From Deltaproteobacteria bacterium (GTDB lineage: Bacteria; Lernaellota; Lernaellaia; JACKCT01): a stretch of 64,000 nt of DNA. The stretch spans positions 109,479 through 173,478 of the forward strand of contig JAOSJX010000026.1 of the NCBI GenBank assembly GCA_027493875.1. The letters run 5' to 3'. The position numbers and the translations under genes are program-made. Positions 33,075 through 47,092 of the stretch are shown in pieces; the stretch's first letter is position 1; the number at the start of each line of letters is the position of its first letter. Under the pieces are notes generated by a model. That model did no database searches, had not been told where the DNA came from, and worked only from the letters and a program-made list of their open reading frames with translations.

Positions 33075-33715
33075 ACGACGCTCCGCTCATTTTTTTCAGC
33101 GCAGGCGGCGATCGCGCTGTTCGTGATCCTCAATCCCTTCGGCAACATCCCGATTTTTCTTTCGCTGACGCCGAAGCTGGACGAGGCGGGCCGCGCGCGC
33201 GTGATCCGCAAATCCAGCTTGACCGCGCTGGCGATTCTTCTCGTGTTCGCGGCGGCGGGTCAGGTCATTTTCCATCTCTTCAGCATCACGATCGGGGCGT
33301 TCCGCATCGCGGGCGGCGTCTTGCTTTTTTTGATGGCGATTGAAATGCTCTACGGTCTTCAGTCGCGCGCGAAGATTCACCCGCCGACCAGGCCGAAGCC
33401 GCGTCGAAGGACGACGTGGCGATCACGCCGCTCGGCACGCCGATGGTCGCCGGACCGGGGGCCATCTCAACGGTGCTGTCGCTGATGGACCAGGCCGGAC
33501 CGTGGTCCGAAAAAATACTCGTCTTTCTGGCGGTGCCGGTCGCGGTGGCCGCGGGCCACGCGGTGCTGCGCGCGGGCGCGCCGCTGATGACCCGGACGGG
33601 CGAGTCGGGCCTGCGCGTGATGACGCGCATGATGGGGCTGATCCTGGCGGTGATCGCGGTGCAGTTCATCATCAACGGGCTGCGCGACGCGCTGCCGCAG
33701 ATTCTCGCCCGCTGA
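33071..33715 (+). CDS. MarC family membrane protein (frameshifted)
   Basis: LNPFGNIPIF, FRIAGG, PLGTPMVAGPGAIS, TRMMGLILA. Confidence 0.88.
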
Positions 33716-33739
33716 CCGCGGAAGGAGCGCCCCGCCGTT

Positions 33740-34424
33740 TTGACCAAAGACCGAAAGAACCTATTAAAAGTCGGCTCGTTTCTCGTTTTCATTTTCATCT
33801 GCGCGGTCGCGACGCGGCACCCGGCGGTGCGCGACCGCGCGAATCTGGAATGGGTCAACGCGCAGTTGCAGATGCTGACCGAGTTCTTCGCGCAGCCGTG
33901 GGGCCCGGCCGCCTACATCGGCCTGTCCGCGGGATTCATCATTCTCCAGATTCCGGGCCTCGTGCTGACGATTCTCGGCGCGTTCGTTTTTCCGCCGGTC
34001 CAGGCGTTTTTGTACGCGTGGATCGGGGGCGAACATCGGCACGATCGCGCTGTTTTTCGCCGGACGCACCATGCTCTACGACTTCTTCGCGCCGAGGCTC
34101 GAGAAGAGTTTTCTGGGCGGCGTGATGGGACGGCTGGAGTCGGGCGGGTTTGTTTGGACGTGCGTGCTGCGCGCGATCTTTTTCATGTCGCCGCCGCTGT
34201 CGTGGATGATGGGCGCGTCGAGCGTGCGGACGAAGGACTACGTGCTCGGCAATCTCGTGGGCCTCACGCCCGTGATCTTCCTCGTCCAGATGGCCTCGCG
34301 GCGGTTATCGGAGGTGCACAAGGCGTCCGATCTTCTGGCCGTGGAACCGATGGTCTACCTCGGCGCGTTTCTCGCGTTCGTCGTGCTGGCGGTTTATCTG
34401 CGGAAACGGTTTCTCAACAGGTAG
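33740..34424 (+). CDS. TVP38/TMEM64 (VTT/DedA) membrane protein (frameshifted)
   Basis: IPGLVLTILGAFVF; LRAIFFMSPPLSWMMG; YVLGNLVG. Confidence 0.78.
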
Positions 34425-34451
34425 GGCGTAACGTCAGTTAACGCCTATTTT

Positions 34452-34558
34452 AGTCAACAGCTAACAGTCAACAGTTGACAGTCAATCTTTGCGTTCGTCG
34501 CCGCGCGCCGGAAAAGTTCCGTTCGTCACTGTCGACTCCGAACTGTTAACCGTCAACT
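34452..34558. repeat. inverted heptamer arms between convergent genes
   Basis: AGTCAAC AGCTAAC AGTCAAC AGTTGAC ... ACTGTCG ACTCCGA ACTGTTA ACCGTCA. Confidence 0.7.
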
Positions 34559-34608
34559 TGGCCGTCTCCGCCGGAGGCATGTGCGCGAGACAAACGACGC
34601 CCGCCCCG

Positions 34609-35532
34609 TCAGCAGCCGCATCCTCCACTCGAATCGTCGTCATCGTCGTCGCCGCCGGTCAGCGAGGCATCGTCGTCATCGCCGTCTCCGGCGTCGTCGT
34701 CGGCCACGTCGTCGTCCGGCGGGTTGAAATCGTCGTCGTCATCGGCGAGATCGTCGTCGACCGCGTCATCGTCCGCATCGTCGTCGGCATCGTCGTCGGC
34801 GTCGTCGTCGTCGCCGGGAATCGTGGTGGTCGTGGTGGTCGCCGGCACGGTGGTTGTGGTCGTCGAGAGCAGATCGACGCCGGTGAGGCGGAAGGCCATG
34901 TCCGTCTGTTCGAGCGCGAAGTAGTTGCCGAGATCGTCCCACGAGGTCGGGAGCCAGCCGGTCCCCCCGAGCGGGTTGATGATTTTCGTTTGATAGCCGA
35001 ACGCCGTGTCCGACACGCGCATTCCCCACGCGCCGTGGTCGATGTAACTCACCTTGGGGAAGCAGGAGATCCAATAGTGCCCGGCGGCCAGCGCCGGCGG
35101 GGCGTCGGGCGTGAATTGAAAATCGTAATCGTTCTGGACCGTCACACGGCCGTCCCCCACCGACCACATCTCGTGCCACACGCCCGGGTTGCCCAGGTTG
35201 TCCGGGATGCCGGCGGGACGGTGCGGCCCCAGGAAATCCGTGTCGTTGAAGATGTGGCAGCCGAAGGCGTCCGCGTCGTCGAGCGACTCCAGGCCCTCCC
35301 ACCCGTCGCCGTACATGACGATCGCGTCGATGCGCCACTCCTGCCCGGCGGGCACCTCGAAATCGTCCGCGATGAACGTGTCCATCTGGTTGGTCAACTG
35401 CGCGTAGTCCTGGTCGGTGTACGCCTCGGTGTTCGTGACGCTCGGTTGCTGGTCCACGAGTATCGACTGCGCGAACGCCATCGCCGGAACAAGCCAGCCC
35501 ACCGCCAACGCCGCAAGATAAGCGCGCCTCAT
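34609..35532 (-). CDS. exported protein with Thr/Asp-rich linker and C-terminal GCGC
   Basis: Signal peptide ending AFA; IADDFEVP; TTTTT, poly-Asp, then SSGGCGC* in one uninterrupted ORF. Confidence 0.85.
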   Translation of the reverse strand: MRRAYLAALAVGWLVPAMAFAQSILVDQQPSVTNTEAYTDQDYAQLTNQMDTFIADDFEVPAGQEWRIDAIVMYGDGWEGLESLDDADAFGCHIFNDTDFLGPHRPAGIPDNLGNPGVWHEMWSVGDGRVTVQNDYDFQFTPDAPPALAAGHYWISCFPKVSYIDHGAWGMRVSDTAFGYQTKIINPLGGTGWLPTSWDDLGNYFALEQTDMAFRLTGVDLLSTTTTTVPATTTTTTIPGDDDDADDDADDDADDDAVDDDLADDDDDFNPPDDDVADDDAGDGDDDDASLTGGDDDDDDSSGGCGC

Positions 35533-35604
35533 GATATTCCCCCTGCCCGTTCAGCCACCTGATCATAATCGTCTTTGCTGAGGAACGCACCATTGGGTAA
35601 AGGG

Positions 35605-35657
35605 GCGGGCTTGGGGCTTGAGGCCTGGGGCTTGGGGCTTGAAGCCTGGGGCTTGGG
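35605..35657. repeat. heptamer tandem repeat (GGGGCTT/GAGGCCT)n
   Basis: About seven degenerate units. Confidence 0.8.
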
Positions 35658-35689
35658 TAAAGAACCCCGGGCCTCACGGCCCGGGGTTC
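35658..35689 (-). terminator. intrinsic terminator-like hairpin
   Basis: GAACCCCGGGCC-TCAC-GGCCCGGGGTTC with a short T run on the minus strand, just after the 35703 stop. Confidence 0.65.
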
Positions 35690-35702
35690 GTGGCGTGGCG
35701 TT

Positions 35703-38339
<2,637 letters not shown>

Positions 38340-38530
38340 GGTCCACCTCGTGTTCTGGAACGGGGCCGCGCCGGCGCGGACAAGCCTTTACGCCAACGTT
38401 CGGCCCCGTTCTCGGAATGCAAAAACAACGCAAAATTTAGAGGCTGATTATGACGGCGAAGGAAAAGAGAATCAACAATCAACATCGCGCGGTCATGTTA
38501 TCAATCCCACATGAGGAGGTTTCTCTCTTG

Positions 38531-39946
38531 CTACGACCCGCCGATTTCCCCGGCGCGGAGGCCGTATTTACGCATGAGGGCGTGGAAGTTCGTACGTTGC
38601 ATGCCGGTGAGCTCGGCGGCGCGGGTGACGTTACCGCCCGCCTCCTTGAGGGCGCGCAGGAGAAACTGCTGTTCGATCCGTTCGTAGGCCAGTTCGCGCA
38701 CGGCACGCTTGGCTTCCTTGAGTTCCTCCACGTTTTTCGGGATTTCCTCGGCCGGCGAGACCGCGGGCGCCCGCCCGGTGATCTCCGGCGGCAGGTGGCG
38801 CACCTCGATGCGCGGGCCGTCGACGGTGGCGACGATGCGCTCGACGATGTTCTTGAGTTCACGCACGTTGCCCGGCCAGCCGTAGGCGACGATTTTCGCC
38901 ATGGCCTCCGTCGTGAATCCGTCGATGCGCGCGGCGGATTTGCGTTTCGCGCTTTCCAGAAAGTGCGTGGCGAGGAGGGGGATGTCGGCGGCGCGTTCGC
39001 GCAGCGGCGGCAGGAGAATCGGGATCACGTTGATGCGGTAGAACAGATCCTCGCGGAAGGTTCCGGCTTCGACGAGCGCCGCCAGATCGCGGTTGGTCGC
39101 GCAGACGAGGCGGATGTCGATCGCGCGTTCCTGCTGCCCGCCGATGGGCGTGACGCGCCGCGTTTCCAGCACGCGCAATAATTTGCCTTGCAGTTCGTAG
39201 GGGATGTTGGCGATCTCATCGAGAAACAGCGTGCCGCCGTGCGCGAGGGCGAAGTAGCCCGGGCGCGTCTGCGTCGCGCCGGTGAAGGCGCCGCGCACGT
39301 GACCGAAGAGTTCCGACTCGACGAGCGTGGGCGTGAGCGACGAGATGTCCACGGCGACGAAGGGGCGGTCGCGCCGCGCGCTGGCCACGTGGATCGCCTT
39401 GGCGACCAATTCCTTGCCCGTGCCGGACTCGCCGTGCAGGAGCACGGAAAAATCCGTCGGCGCGATTTTTTCGATCTGCTTGATCACGTCGAGCATCACC
39501 TCGGAGCGCCCGACGATCGTTTCGTTCCCGGGAACGAGGCGGCTTTTCAGAAACGCGTTCTCCTCGCGCAGCCGGTCGGTGTCGAGCGCCTTGTCCACCG
39601 CCAGCGTCAATTCCTCGGGCGTGAACGGCTTGGGGATGTAATCGACGGCGCCCTTCTTGATGCACTCGATGCTCGTCTGGATCGTGGCGTAGCCGGTGAT
39701 GATGATGACGAGCAGGTCGGGGCGGCGGGCCTTGATCCGGTCGAAGACCTCCATGCCGGCGAGGTCCGGCATTTTCAGATCGAGCAGCACGAGGCGGTAA
39801 TCGCCGGCGACCGCGCGCTCGGCGCCCTCCGTGCCCGTCAGCACGTAATCCACGTGATGGCCGTCCTCTTCGAGCACGCGTTTGCAACTGATGCACACCG
39901 GCTTCTCGTCGTCGATGACCAGAATGCGCGTTGTCGTCTTCGCCAT
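38531..39946 (-). CDS. sigma54-dependent response regulator (NtrC family)
   Basis: REC (IDDE, DLKMP), [34 protein letters not shown], Fis-type HTH. Confidence 0.96.
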   Translation of the reverse strand: MAKTTTRILVIDDEKPVCISCKRVLEEDGHHVDYVLTGTEGAERAVAGDYRLVLLDLKMPDLAGMEVFDRIKARRPDLLVIIITGYATIQTSIECIKKGAVDYIPKPFTPEELTLAVDKALDTDRLREENAFLKSRLVPGNETIVGRSEVMLDVIKQIEKIAPTDFSVLLHGESGTGKELVAKAIHVASARRDRPFVAVDISSLTPTLVESELFGHVRGAFTGATQTRPGYFALAHGGTLFLDEIANIPYELQGKLLRVLETRRVTPIGGQQERAIDIRLVCATNRDLAALVEAGTFREDLFYRINVIPILLPPLRERAADIPLLATHFLESAKRKSAARIDGFTTEAMAKIVAYGWPGNVRELKNIVERIVATVDGPRIEVRHLPPEITGRAPAVSPAEEIPKNVEELKEAKRAVRELAYERIEQQFLLRALKEAGGNVTRAAELTGMQRTNFHALMRKYGLRAGEIGGS

Positions 39947-39959
39947 CGCCGGCTCCTTT

Positions 39960-41835
39960 TTAAAATGCGGGCAGTCCCATCGCGTCCAGGCGGTGCAGCG
40001 GGAGCACGACGATCACCTCGGTGCCTTCGCCTTCGCGGCTTTCGACCTGGATCGCGCCGTCGTGTTTCTGCACGATGCCGAGGCTCACGGAGAGACCGAG
40101 ACCCGTGCCCTTGCTGCGTCCCTTGGTGGTGAAGAAGGGTTCGAAGATGCGGCCGAGGCGGTCCGGCGGAATGCCCGGGCCGTCGTCCTTCACGCGCACG
40201 TGCGCGAAGCCGCCGGACGAGTCCTCTTCCATCGTGACGCGGACCCCGCCGCGTTCGTGCCGTTCCTCCGCCCGCCGCTCGGCGACGGCCTCCGCCGCGT
40301 TGAGGATGAGATTCGTGACGACCTGCTGGAGTTGGCGCGCGTCGCCCAGGACCGGCAGGCTTTGTTCGCAAGACGCGACCTCGAGCGGCACGCTCTGGAG
40401 CGCGTCGTACTTTTTTGGCGAGGGCGAGCGTGTCGCGCACGACGTCGCGCAGGTCGATGACCTTTTTTTCCGGCGGCCGTTCGCGCGCGAATTCGAGGAG
40501 GTTGGCGACGATCTTGCGGCAGCGCGTCGTTTCGGACACGACGATTTCCAGATCCTCGCGGCGCGGGTCGTTTTCCGGGGCGTGGCGGAGCATCAGGCTC
40601 GACAGCGAAAGAATCGCGGTGAGCGGATTGTTGATTTCGTGGGCGACGCCGGCGGCGAGGCGGCCGATGGAGATTTGCTTTTCCACTTCCGAGAGCCGCG
40701 ATTCAGTCATTTCGCGCAGGCGCAGATCCCGTTCCTTGACGCCGTGCACCATGCGGTTGAACGCGCGCGCAAGGCGGCCGAGCTCGTCCGCGGAATGGAG
40801 AGGCACCTTGTAGTTGAGGTCGCCCTCGGCCACGCGGCTCATGCCCTGCACGAGTTCCTTGATGGGCCGCGTCAGCCAAACGGAGAACAGCCAGGTCATG
40901 GCGAAACCGAAGATCATGCCCGCGGCGATGAGGCTGGAGAAGAGCGCGATGGTTTTGGACTGGGCCTCCTCGTATTCGCGGACGGCGGTGCCGATGCCGA
41001 GCATGCCGATCGGGCGGCCCGCCACGTCGCGGATCGGCCGGTACGCGGTGTAGTACCGCTCGTTCACCACGCGCGCCTGGCCGCGATAGATTTTTCCCTC
41101 GCCGAGCACGCGGCGCGCGACGTTCTCATCCGCGGTGCTGAGGACGGGGACGTCGCCCCGCGCGGCGCCGCGGCGCTCCTCGGCCGAGGTGACGATGCGC
41201 GCGTCGCCCTGAAAGATCGTTGCGACGGCGCCGAGGCGCTCATTCGACGACGCGCCCACGACGACGTTTTCGATCATCCGGTGCACGAGCGGCAGCGCGC
41301 CGTTGACGACGGCGCCGCCGTAGAGCACGCCGGACGCGTTCCCGTGCGTCCACCGCGCCGCGGCGACGATCACCATCACCTGGCCTTCCTTCTCATGGCC
41401 GGCGACGCGGGCACCGACCGCCGGCACCTCGGTAAGCGGCATGATCACCGGCGCGCATCCCGCGTCGCGGCCGTCCAGAAGTTCCCCGAGACGCAGCGAC
41501 CCCGGCACCGCCGCGCCGGTGGCGCCGGGCGGATCGCGCGCGATCAGCTCGCCGCCGGCGCCGGCGACACCCAGAAAATCGAAGCCGGTTTCATCGTTCG
41601 CGATGTCCGCCAACGCGGTGCGCGCCTGCGCCGGATCGCCGGTGAGAAACGCGGCGGCGGCGCGCAGGCGGCTTTCCATCGCCTGATTCTTCTGATCCCA
41701 CGAGAGCGTCGCGGTGCGCAGATCATAGTCGGCTTTCGTTTTCGCGAGTTCGGTGATGCGGCGGCCGAGCACGGCGTTGGCGATGCCGATGGTCGCGCTC
41801 GCGGAAGTCAGAATGAGAATGGCGAACGCGGCCAT
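39960..41835 (-). CDS. Cache-HAMP sensor histidine kinase (frameshift near 40410; start may lie up to 41914)
   Basis: ATIFQGDARI Cache motif, DELGRLARAFN, AHEINNPL, NLILNA, DDGPGI, FFTTK, GTGLGL. Confidence 0.92.
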
Positions 41836-41939
41836 CAGCCGGGTGCGGAAGGAAAGACTTTGACGCGCCGGACCAGGTATCCTCGCCCTCGCGTCTATGA
41901 GTATCGCGGGGCATCGGCCCCTCCCAAGGAAACGGACGC

Positions 41940-42244
41940 CGTATAAAATATTAAGACAATTTTTTGTTTTGGTCGATACAAATTGACGCGCCGCGCTAAA
42001 TTTTTTTAGCGCTTAAACCATCGTTGTTATTTGATTTTTACGAATTCCGCCATGCGTATTCGTTACGTATACACATGTACGATCAGGCCGTACAGGCATC
42101 TAACACGATAAAAATCAAGTATTATTAAATGTTTATTGTCCATCCACCCATTTTTTCTCTGGTTCGTCTTGTAGTCTTTTTTATACGGTCCTATCGATTT
42201 AAGGCGCTGCATCAGACTGATTATTTAATATTTTCAGTAAGTTA
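41940..42244 (+). promoter_or_regulatory. AT-rich enhancer region with a palindrome and an IHF-like site
   Basis: GCGCTAAA-TTTT-TTTAGCGC (41993-42012); TTTCAGTAAGTTA (42232-42244) differs by one base from WATCARNNNNTTR. Confidence 0.5.
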
Positions 42245-42260
42245 TGAATTACCGCCGGCG

Positions 42261-42276
42261 CGGCACGCCGATTGCT
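42261..42276 (+). promoter_or_regulatory. sigma54 (-24/-12) promoter
   Basis: CGGCACGCCGATTGCT, i.e. GG-N10-GC with GGCAC and TTGC, 48 bp before ATG 42324. Confidence 0.8.
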
Positions 42277-42323
42277 CAAGAAAGAAAGCGGATGAACGAG
42301 AGACCGAACAAAAGGAGCACGCC

Positions 42324-42812
42324 ATGAAGACCGCAGCCGCCTACGTCAGCGACATCATCCTGGGCCGGACGGGCGACGTGATCGGCCGGGAGAGCCAAAA
42401 GGAGCTCATCAAACAGTACGCCGCGGAAAACGGCATCGACATCGTCGCGTGGTTCGAAGACGACCTTTACAACGAGGACGTTCTGTCGCGTCCCGGGGTG
42501 CAGGAACTGCTCGCGAACCGCGACCAATACCAACTCGTTCTGGTCGAGCGCGTCTGGGCGCTGTCACGGCTCTGGTCCGTTTGCGAGCGCTTTTTCGAGG
42601 AGCTCGAACGCGCGGACCTTCGTCTCGAATCGGCGACCACGATGTGGGATTGCGTCTCGCAGATGGCGCGCCGGCGCTTCGACAAAACGCTGAAGACCCC
42701 GAAACTCCGACCGGCGCGCGACGTCGTCACGCGCCGCGACGCCGAACCCGTGCGCATCAAACGGCCGGCGCGGCTGCACCTCGTGTTCGAGCAACCCGCC
42801 GCCGCGCGGTAA
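42324..42812 (+). CDS. resolvase (serine recombinase)-fold protein 1, catalytic motifs degenerate
   Basis: AAGGAG RBS; Q...IKQYAAENGIDIVAWFED, RPGVQELL, VLVERVWALSR; no YxRVS motif and no HTH. Confidence 0.75.
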   Translation: MKTAAAYVSDIILGRTGDVIGRESQKELIKQYAAENGIDIVAWFEDDLYNEDVLSRPGVQELLANRDQYQLVLVERVWALSRLWSVCERFFEELERADLRLESATTMWDCVSQMARRRFDKTLKTPKLRPARDVVTRRDAEPVRIKRPARLHLVFEQPAAAR

Positions 42813-42822
42813 GGAGGACGCC

Positions 42823-43305
42823 ATGAGAACCGCCATCGCCTACGTCACCGACACACTGATCTGCCCGTCGAAGGGCGCGTCGCCGGCGGCCGAACAGGAA
42901 GCGTGCATACGCGCCTATGCCGCGGCGAACGGCATCGAGATCGTCAAGGTTGTGCGCGACGAGCTCTGCACGCCGCATCCGCTCGGCCGGCCGGGGATGA
43001 TGGACGTGATGCTCGCGGGCCCCGAAGTCGCCACCGTTTTGGTGGACACCGTGCAGGCGGTCGCCCCGCGTTGGTCGGACATCCAAACCGTGATTCGCGA
43101 GCTCAAACGGCGCGGGCTGCGTCTGGAGTGCGCGACGATGCGTTTCGATCTCGCGTCGCAAATGGCGCGGCGGGCTTTCGATCCGGAGCGCTTCGTGCCC
43201 GACGTGGTCCGCCGCCTGCGTGAAGTGAAGCACGCGCGGCCGAAGGTGCGCGTCGTAAAGCCGAACGGCTATCCCACGCTCTCGCCGCGGCCGCACGCCG
43301 TCTGA
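42823..43305 (+). CDS. resolvase-fold protein 2, paralogue of the preceding gene
   Basis: AAGGAGG RBS; QEACIRAYAAANGIEIV, RPGMMDVM; shares the SQMARR motif. Confidence 0.72.
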   Translation: MRTAIAYVTDTLICPSKGASPAAEQEACIRAYAAANGIEIVKVVRDELCTPHPLGRPGMMDVMLAGPEVATVLVDTVQAVAPRWSDIQTVIRELKRRGLRLECATMRFDLASQMARRAFDPERFVPDVVRRLREVKHARPKVRVVKPNGYPTLSPRPHAV

Positions 43306-43342
43306 CACGGCCCTTGTTGAAAAATAACGCGGGAGGTCCGCC

Positions 43343-45355
43343 ATGACGATCGAAAACGCAACTCGGGAAATCATGTGGAACATCGGCCCCGCCTGGCTCA
43401 TGTACGGGCTCGCCGCCGCGGCCGTGGCGGTTTTCGCGTACGGCGTTTGGCGGCGCGTGCGTTACTGGCGGCGCGGGCGGCCGGCGGACGAACGGCTCGG
43501 CGACGCCGGGCGCCGCGCGCTCGTGACGTTCAAGGAACTCCTCCTTCAAAAACGCGCGCGCGAGGAACGTTTTCCCGGCGTCTTTCACAGCCTCGTTTTC
43601 TATTCGTTTCTCCTTCTCGCCGTCACGACGGGCGTGGTCGCCCTCGACTACGATTTCGGCACGCGCCTTTTCCGTGGGCCGCTGTATGCGCTGCTGTCGC
43701 TCGGCGCGGACCTCGGGGGCGCACTCATCCTCGTCGGCGCGGGCATGGCGCTGTGGCGGCGGCTCGTCAAACGGCCGAAGACGATCGAGAACACGGCGGG
43801 CGATTTCGTCGCGCTCGCACTGCTCGGCCTGATGGCGCTGACGGGTTTTCTCGTCGAGGGCCTGCGCATGGCGACGGCGGGCGACGCGTGGCCGTGGCTT
43901 TCGCCCGTGGGTTACGCGTTCAGCGCGCTCTTTACGAACGTGAGTATCGCCGCCGGCGAAAAGGCCCACGCCGTTCTCTGGTGGACGCATACCCTGTTCG
44001 CCCTCGGCTGGATCGCGTCGATTCCCTACACGAAATTTCTGCACCTGATCACGACGCCGGCGAACGTCTATTTCGGAAAGCTCACGCCCCGCGGCGCCCT
44101 GGCGCGCGACGATCTCGACAAGATGATGGAGGCGCCGGATTTCGACGAGGCCGCGTTCCGTTTCGGCACCGAGGCGCCGAAGGATTTCACGTGGAAGGAG
44201 CTGCTCGATTTCGACGCGTGCGTTTCGTGCGGACGCTGCGAGGAGGTTTGTCCGTCCACGCTGGCGGGCCAGCCGTTTTCGCCGAAACAAATGATCGCGA
44301 GGCTCAAGGCCCTCGCGCACGAAAGTCTGAACGGCGGCAATGTCGGCAACGGCGGCGCGGAGACGCCCATCATCGGGCACGCCTTCGACGACAAATTTCT
44401 CTGGTACTGCCGCACGTGCACCGCGTGCATGGAAGTCTGCCCCGCGATGATCGACCACGTGGACACGGTCATCAATATCCGGCGCAACGAAGCGGTGATG
44501 CAGGGGCGCCTGCCGGCCGACCTGGCCCGCGCGCTGCGCATGCTCGAAACGCAGGGCAACCCGTTCGGCCCGGAGGACGTGCGTTCGAATTGGATCGGCG
44601 ACCTCGGCGTGCGCATCGTGGCGCCGGGGGAGTCGGTGGACGTGCTGTACTGGATCGGCTGCTGCATGACGTTCGATCCGTCCAAACAGAAGATCGCGTC
44701 GGACCTCTGCCGCATCATGGATTTGTGCGGCATCGACTTCGGCGTGCTGGGCGCGGACGAACGCTGCTGCGGCGACCCGGCGCGCGTGGCGGGTCAGGAG
44801 CATCTGTTCCAGGCGATCGCCAAGGCGCAGGTCGACGACCTCAACAAACGGCAGTTCCGTATTCTCATGGTTTCGTGTCCGCACTGCTACAACGTGCTGG
44901 CCAACGAGTATCCGCAGTTCGGCGGAAAATACACCGTCGTCCATCACACCGAGTTTCTGCACGAAATGATGTGGAGCGGATCGCTCGTGCCGCGCCAGGG
45001 CGAAAAGCGGCGCGTGGTCTATCACGACCCGTGCTACCTGGGCCGCTACCAGAAGATTTACGACTCGCCGCGCGAGGTGCTGCGCGCCGTGCCGGGCACG
45101 GACCTCGTGGAGATGAAACACCACCAGGAACGCAGCCTGTGCTGCGGCGGGGGCGGCGGCAACTACTGGTTCGACGTGCACGAGGGCGAGCGGCTGAACA
45201 ATCGGCGCATCGAGCAGGCCCGCGACGCGCACGCCGACCTCATCGTCACCGGCTGCGCCTACTGCAAGCAGATGCTGGAGGACTCGGCGAAGCTCATGGA
45301 CCTGGAGGACGTGCGGGTCGCGGATCTGGCGACGGTGGTGCTGGAGAGTCTGTAA
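43343..45355 (+). CDS. HdrF/FadF-like membrane Fe-S oxidoreductase (NarI-like TM, two 4Fe-4S sites, two CCG domains)
   Basis: CVSCGRCEEVCP, CRTCTACMEVCP, ERCCGDP, SCPHC, YHDPCYLGR, CCGGGGG. Confidence 0.9.
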   Translation: MTIENATREIMWNIGPAWLMYGLAAAAVAVFAYGVWRRVRYWRRGRPADERLGDAGRRALVTFKELLLQKRAREERFPGVFHSLVFYSFLLLAVTTGVVALDYDFGTRLFRGPLYALLSLGADLGGALILVGAGMALWRRLVKRPKTIENTAGDFVALALLGLMALTGFLVEGLRMATAGDAWPWLSPVGYAFSALFTNVSIAAGEKAHAVLWWTHTLFALGWIASIPYTKFLHLITTPANVYFGKLTPRGALARDDLDKMMEAPDFDEAAFRFGTEAPKDFTWKELLDFDACVSCGRCEEVCPSTLAGQPFSPKQMIARLKALAHESLNGGNVGNGGAETPIIGHAFDDKFLWYCRTCTACMEVCPAMIDHVDTVINIRRNEAVMQGRLPADLARALRMLETQGNPFGPEDVRSNWIGDLGVRIVAPGESVDVLYWIGCCMTFDPSKQKIASDLCRIMDLCGIDFGVLGADERCCGDPARVAGQEHLFQAIAKAQVDDLNKRQFRILMVSCPHCYNVLANEYPQFGGKYTVVHHTEFLHEMMWSGSLVPRQGEKRRVVYHDPCYLGRYQKIYDSPREVLRAVPGTDLVEMKHHQERSLCCGGGGGNYWFDVHEGERLNNRRIEQARDAHADLIVTGCAYCKQMLEDSAKLMDLEDVRVADLATVVLESL

Positions 45356-45359
45356 GCAA

Positions 45360-45471
45360 CAGGCTGCAGGCGACAGGCTGCAGGCGACAGCTTCGAAACA
45401 ATTGATCCCACCGTTTTCTGCGGTGGGATCACTTATTTTGTTCGGACCTGTAGCCTGCGGCCTGTAGTCTG
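45360..45471. repeat. inverted heptamer arms around a hairpin
   Basis: CAGGCTG CAGGCGA x2; GATCCCACCG/CGGTGGGATC stem; CCTGTAG CCTGCGG CCTGTAG. Confidence 0.72.
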
Positions 45472-45563
45472 TGTCCTCCCATCCCTTGCCCCCGGCGGCG
45501 GGGCGTGGTAGCGTGCCATTCTTGGGGGACGGGTCAGGAAGGGTGGAAGGAACACGCTCAGCA

Positions 45564-46888
45564 ATGGGCGCGCCGAAGTATTTCGTTCTCGATACCAACG
45601 TCCTCCTGCACAATCCCAACGCGATCCACCTTTTCGAAGACAACCACATCGTCATCCCGATCTCGGTCATCGAGGAAATCGACAAGTTCAAGAAGGACGT
45701 GTCGGAAATCGGCCGCAACGCGCGGTGGGCGAGCCGGATCATCGACGAGCTTCGAACGACGGGAAAACTCAGCGACGGCGTGAAGCTCGCCGAAGGCGGG
45801 TCGCTCAAGATCGAGGTCAACCGCCCGAAGGACATCCACCTGAACGGGCTGCTCGAATCGGGCAAGCTGGACAACCGCATCCTGGAAGTCGCCCTCGGCG
45901 TTCGGCAGGAACACCCCAAGTCGCGCACGATCCTCGTCACCAAAGACACGAACCTGCGCATCAAGGCCGACTCGCTGGGCCTGGAGGCTCAGGATTTCGA
46001 AAACGCCAAGGTGGACATCGCGCAGCTCTATCCCGGCGCGCGGGAGATCGCGGTGCCGGCGGCGACGGTGAACGAGGCGTTCTCCAACGGCTCGGTGGCG
46101 TTGGCGGAGGACCTGGGCCCTTTCCACGCCAACGAGTTCGTGACGCTCGTGGACGAAACGAAGCCCGAGCACACGGCGCTATGCCGCATTGTGGACGGCA
46201 CGCGCGCCACCGTCCTGCGCCGGCTGGAGAGCCCCGTTTACGGCATTTCCGCGCGCAACCGGGAGCAGCGTTTCGCGCTGGAGCTTTTGCTGGACGACAG
46301 CGTGCGTTTGGTGACGCTGGTGGGCAAGGCGGGGACGGGTAAGACGCTGCTGGCCTTGGCGGCGTCGCTGCAAAAACGCTCACCGACGAGGCGTATCAGC
46401 GCGTGCTCGTCACGCGGCCGATCTTTCCCCTCGGGCGCGAGTTGGGTTTTCTGCCCGGCGACCTGGAAACCAAGCTCAAGCCGTGGATGCAGCCGATCTT
46501 CGACAACCTGGAACTGCTGCTCGCGCACCCGAAGGACAAGGCCGCGCAGTACACGCGCCTGACGGAACTCATCGAGAACGGCACCGTCGAGCTGGAAGCG
46601 CTGACGTACATTCGCGGCCGGTCGATCCCGCACCAGTTCATGATCATCGACGAGGCGCAGAACCTGACGCCGCACGAGATCAAGACGGTCATCACGCGCG
46701 TCGGCGACGGTACGAAGGTGGTGGTCACGGGCGACGCCTACCAGATCGACAACCCGTACGTCGATGCCTCGTCCAACGGCCTGACCTTCCTCGTCGAACG
46801 CATGAAGGACCAGAAAATCGCCGGCCACGTGACGCTCTCGAAAGGAGAACGCTCGCCGCTGGCGGAACTGGCGGCGAATGTGTTGTAG
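45564..46888 (+). CDS. PIN-PhoH protein (PhoH2/YlaK type; frameshift near 46380)
   Basis: VLDTNVLLH PIN domain; GKAGTGKT; LGFLPG, YIRGRS, DEAQN, GDAYQID. Confidence 0.92.
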
Positions 46889-46894
46889 GAAGAA

Positions 46895-46975
46895 AAGCGC
46901 ATTTTTCACCGCAGAGGACGCAGAGGACGCGGAGGAATAACGCGAACAAACCACAGAGATACCGAGGCACAGAGA
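46895..46975 (+). repeat. 9-mer periodic repeat; left copy of a 41-bp inverted pair
   Basis: AAGCGCATTTTTCACCGCAGAGGACGCAGAGGACGCGGAGG, then CCACAGAGATACCGAGGCACAGAG. Confidence 0.75.
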
Positions 46976-47092
46976 GTCACTCAACCCGAGAAAAATTCAG
47001 AGCCCGCGCGACAGTAAGCGGGTCGTGGGACGTAGTACTGTTCGGCTTCGCCGTTCTGATGACGTGGAGCGTCCCTATTTTTTTAGAAGACG

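Noticed and set aside
42324-43305. Active invertase or prophage recombinase locus
   Set aside because: Catalytic motifs and a DNA-binding domain are missing, and no att sites or invertible segment were seen.
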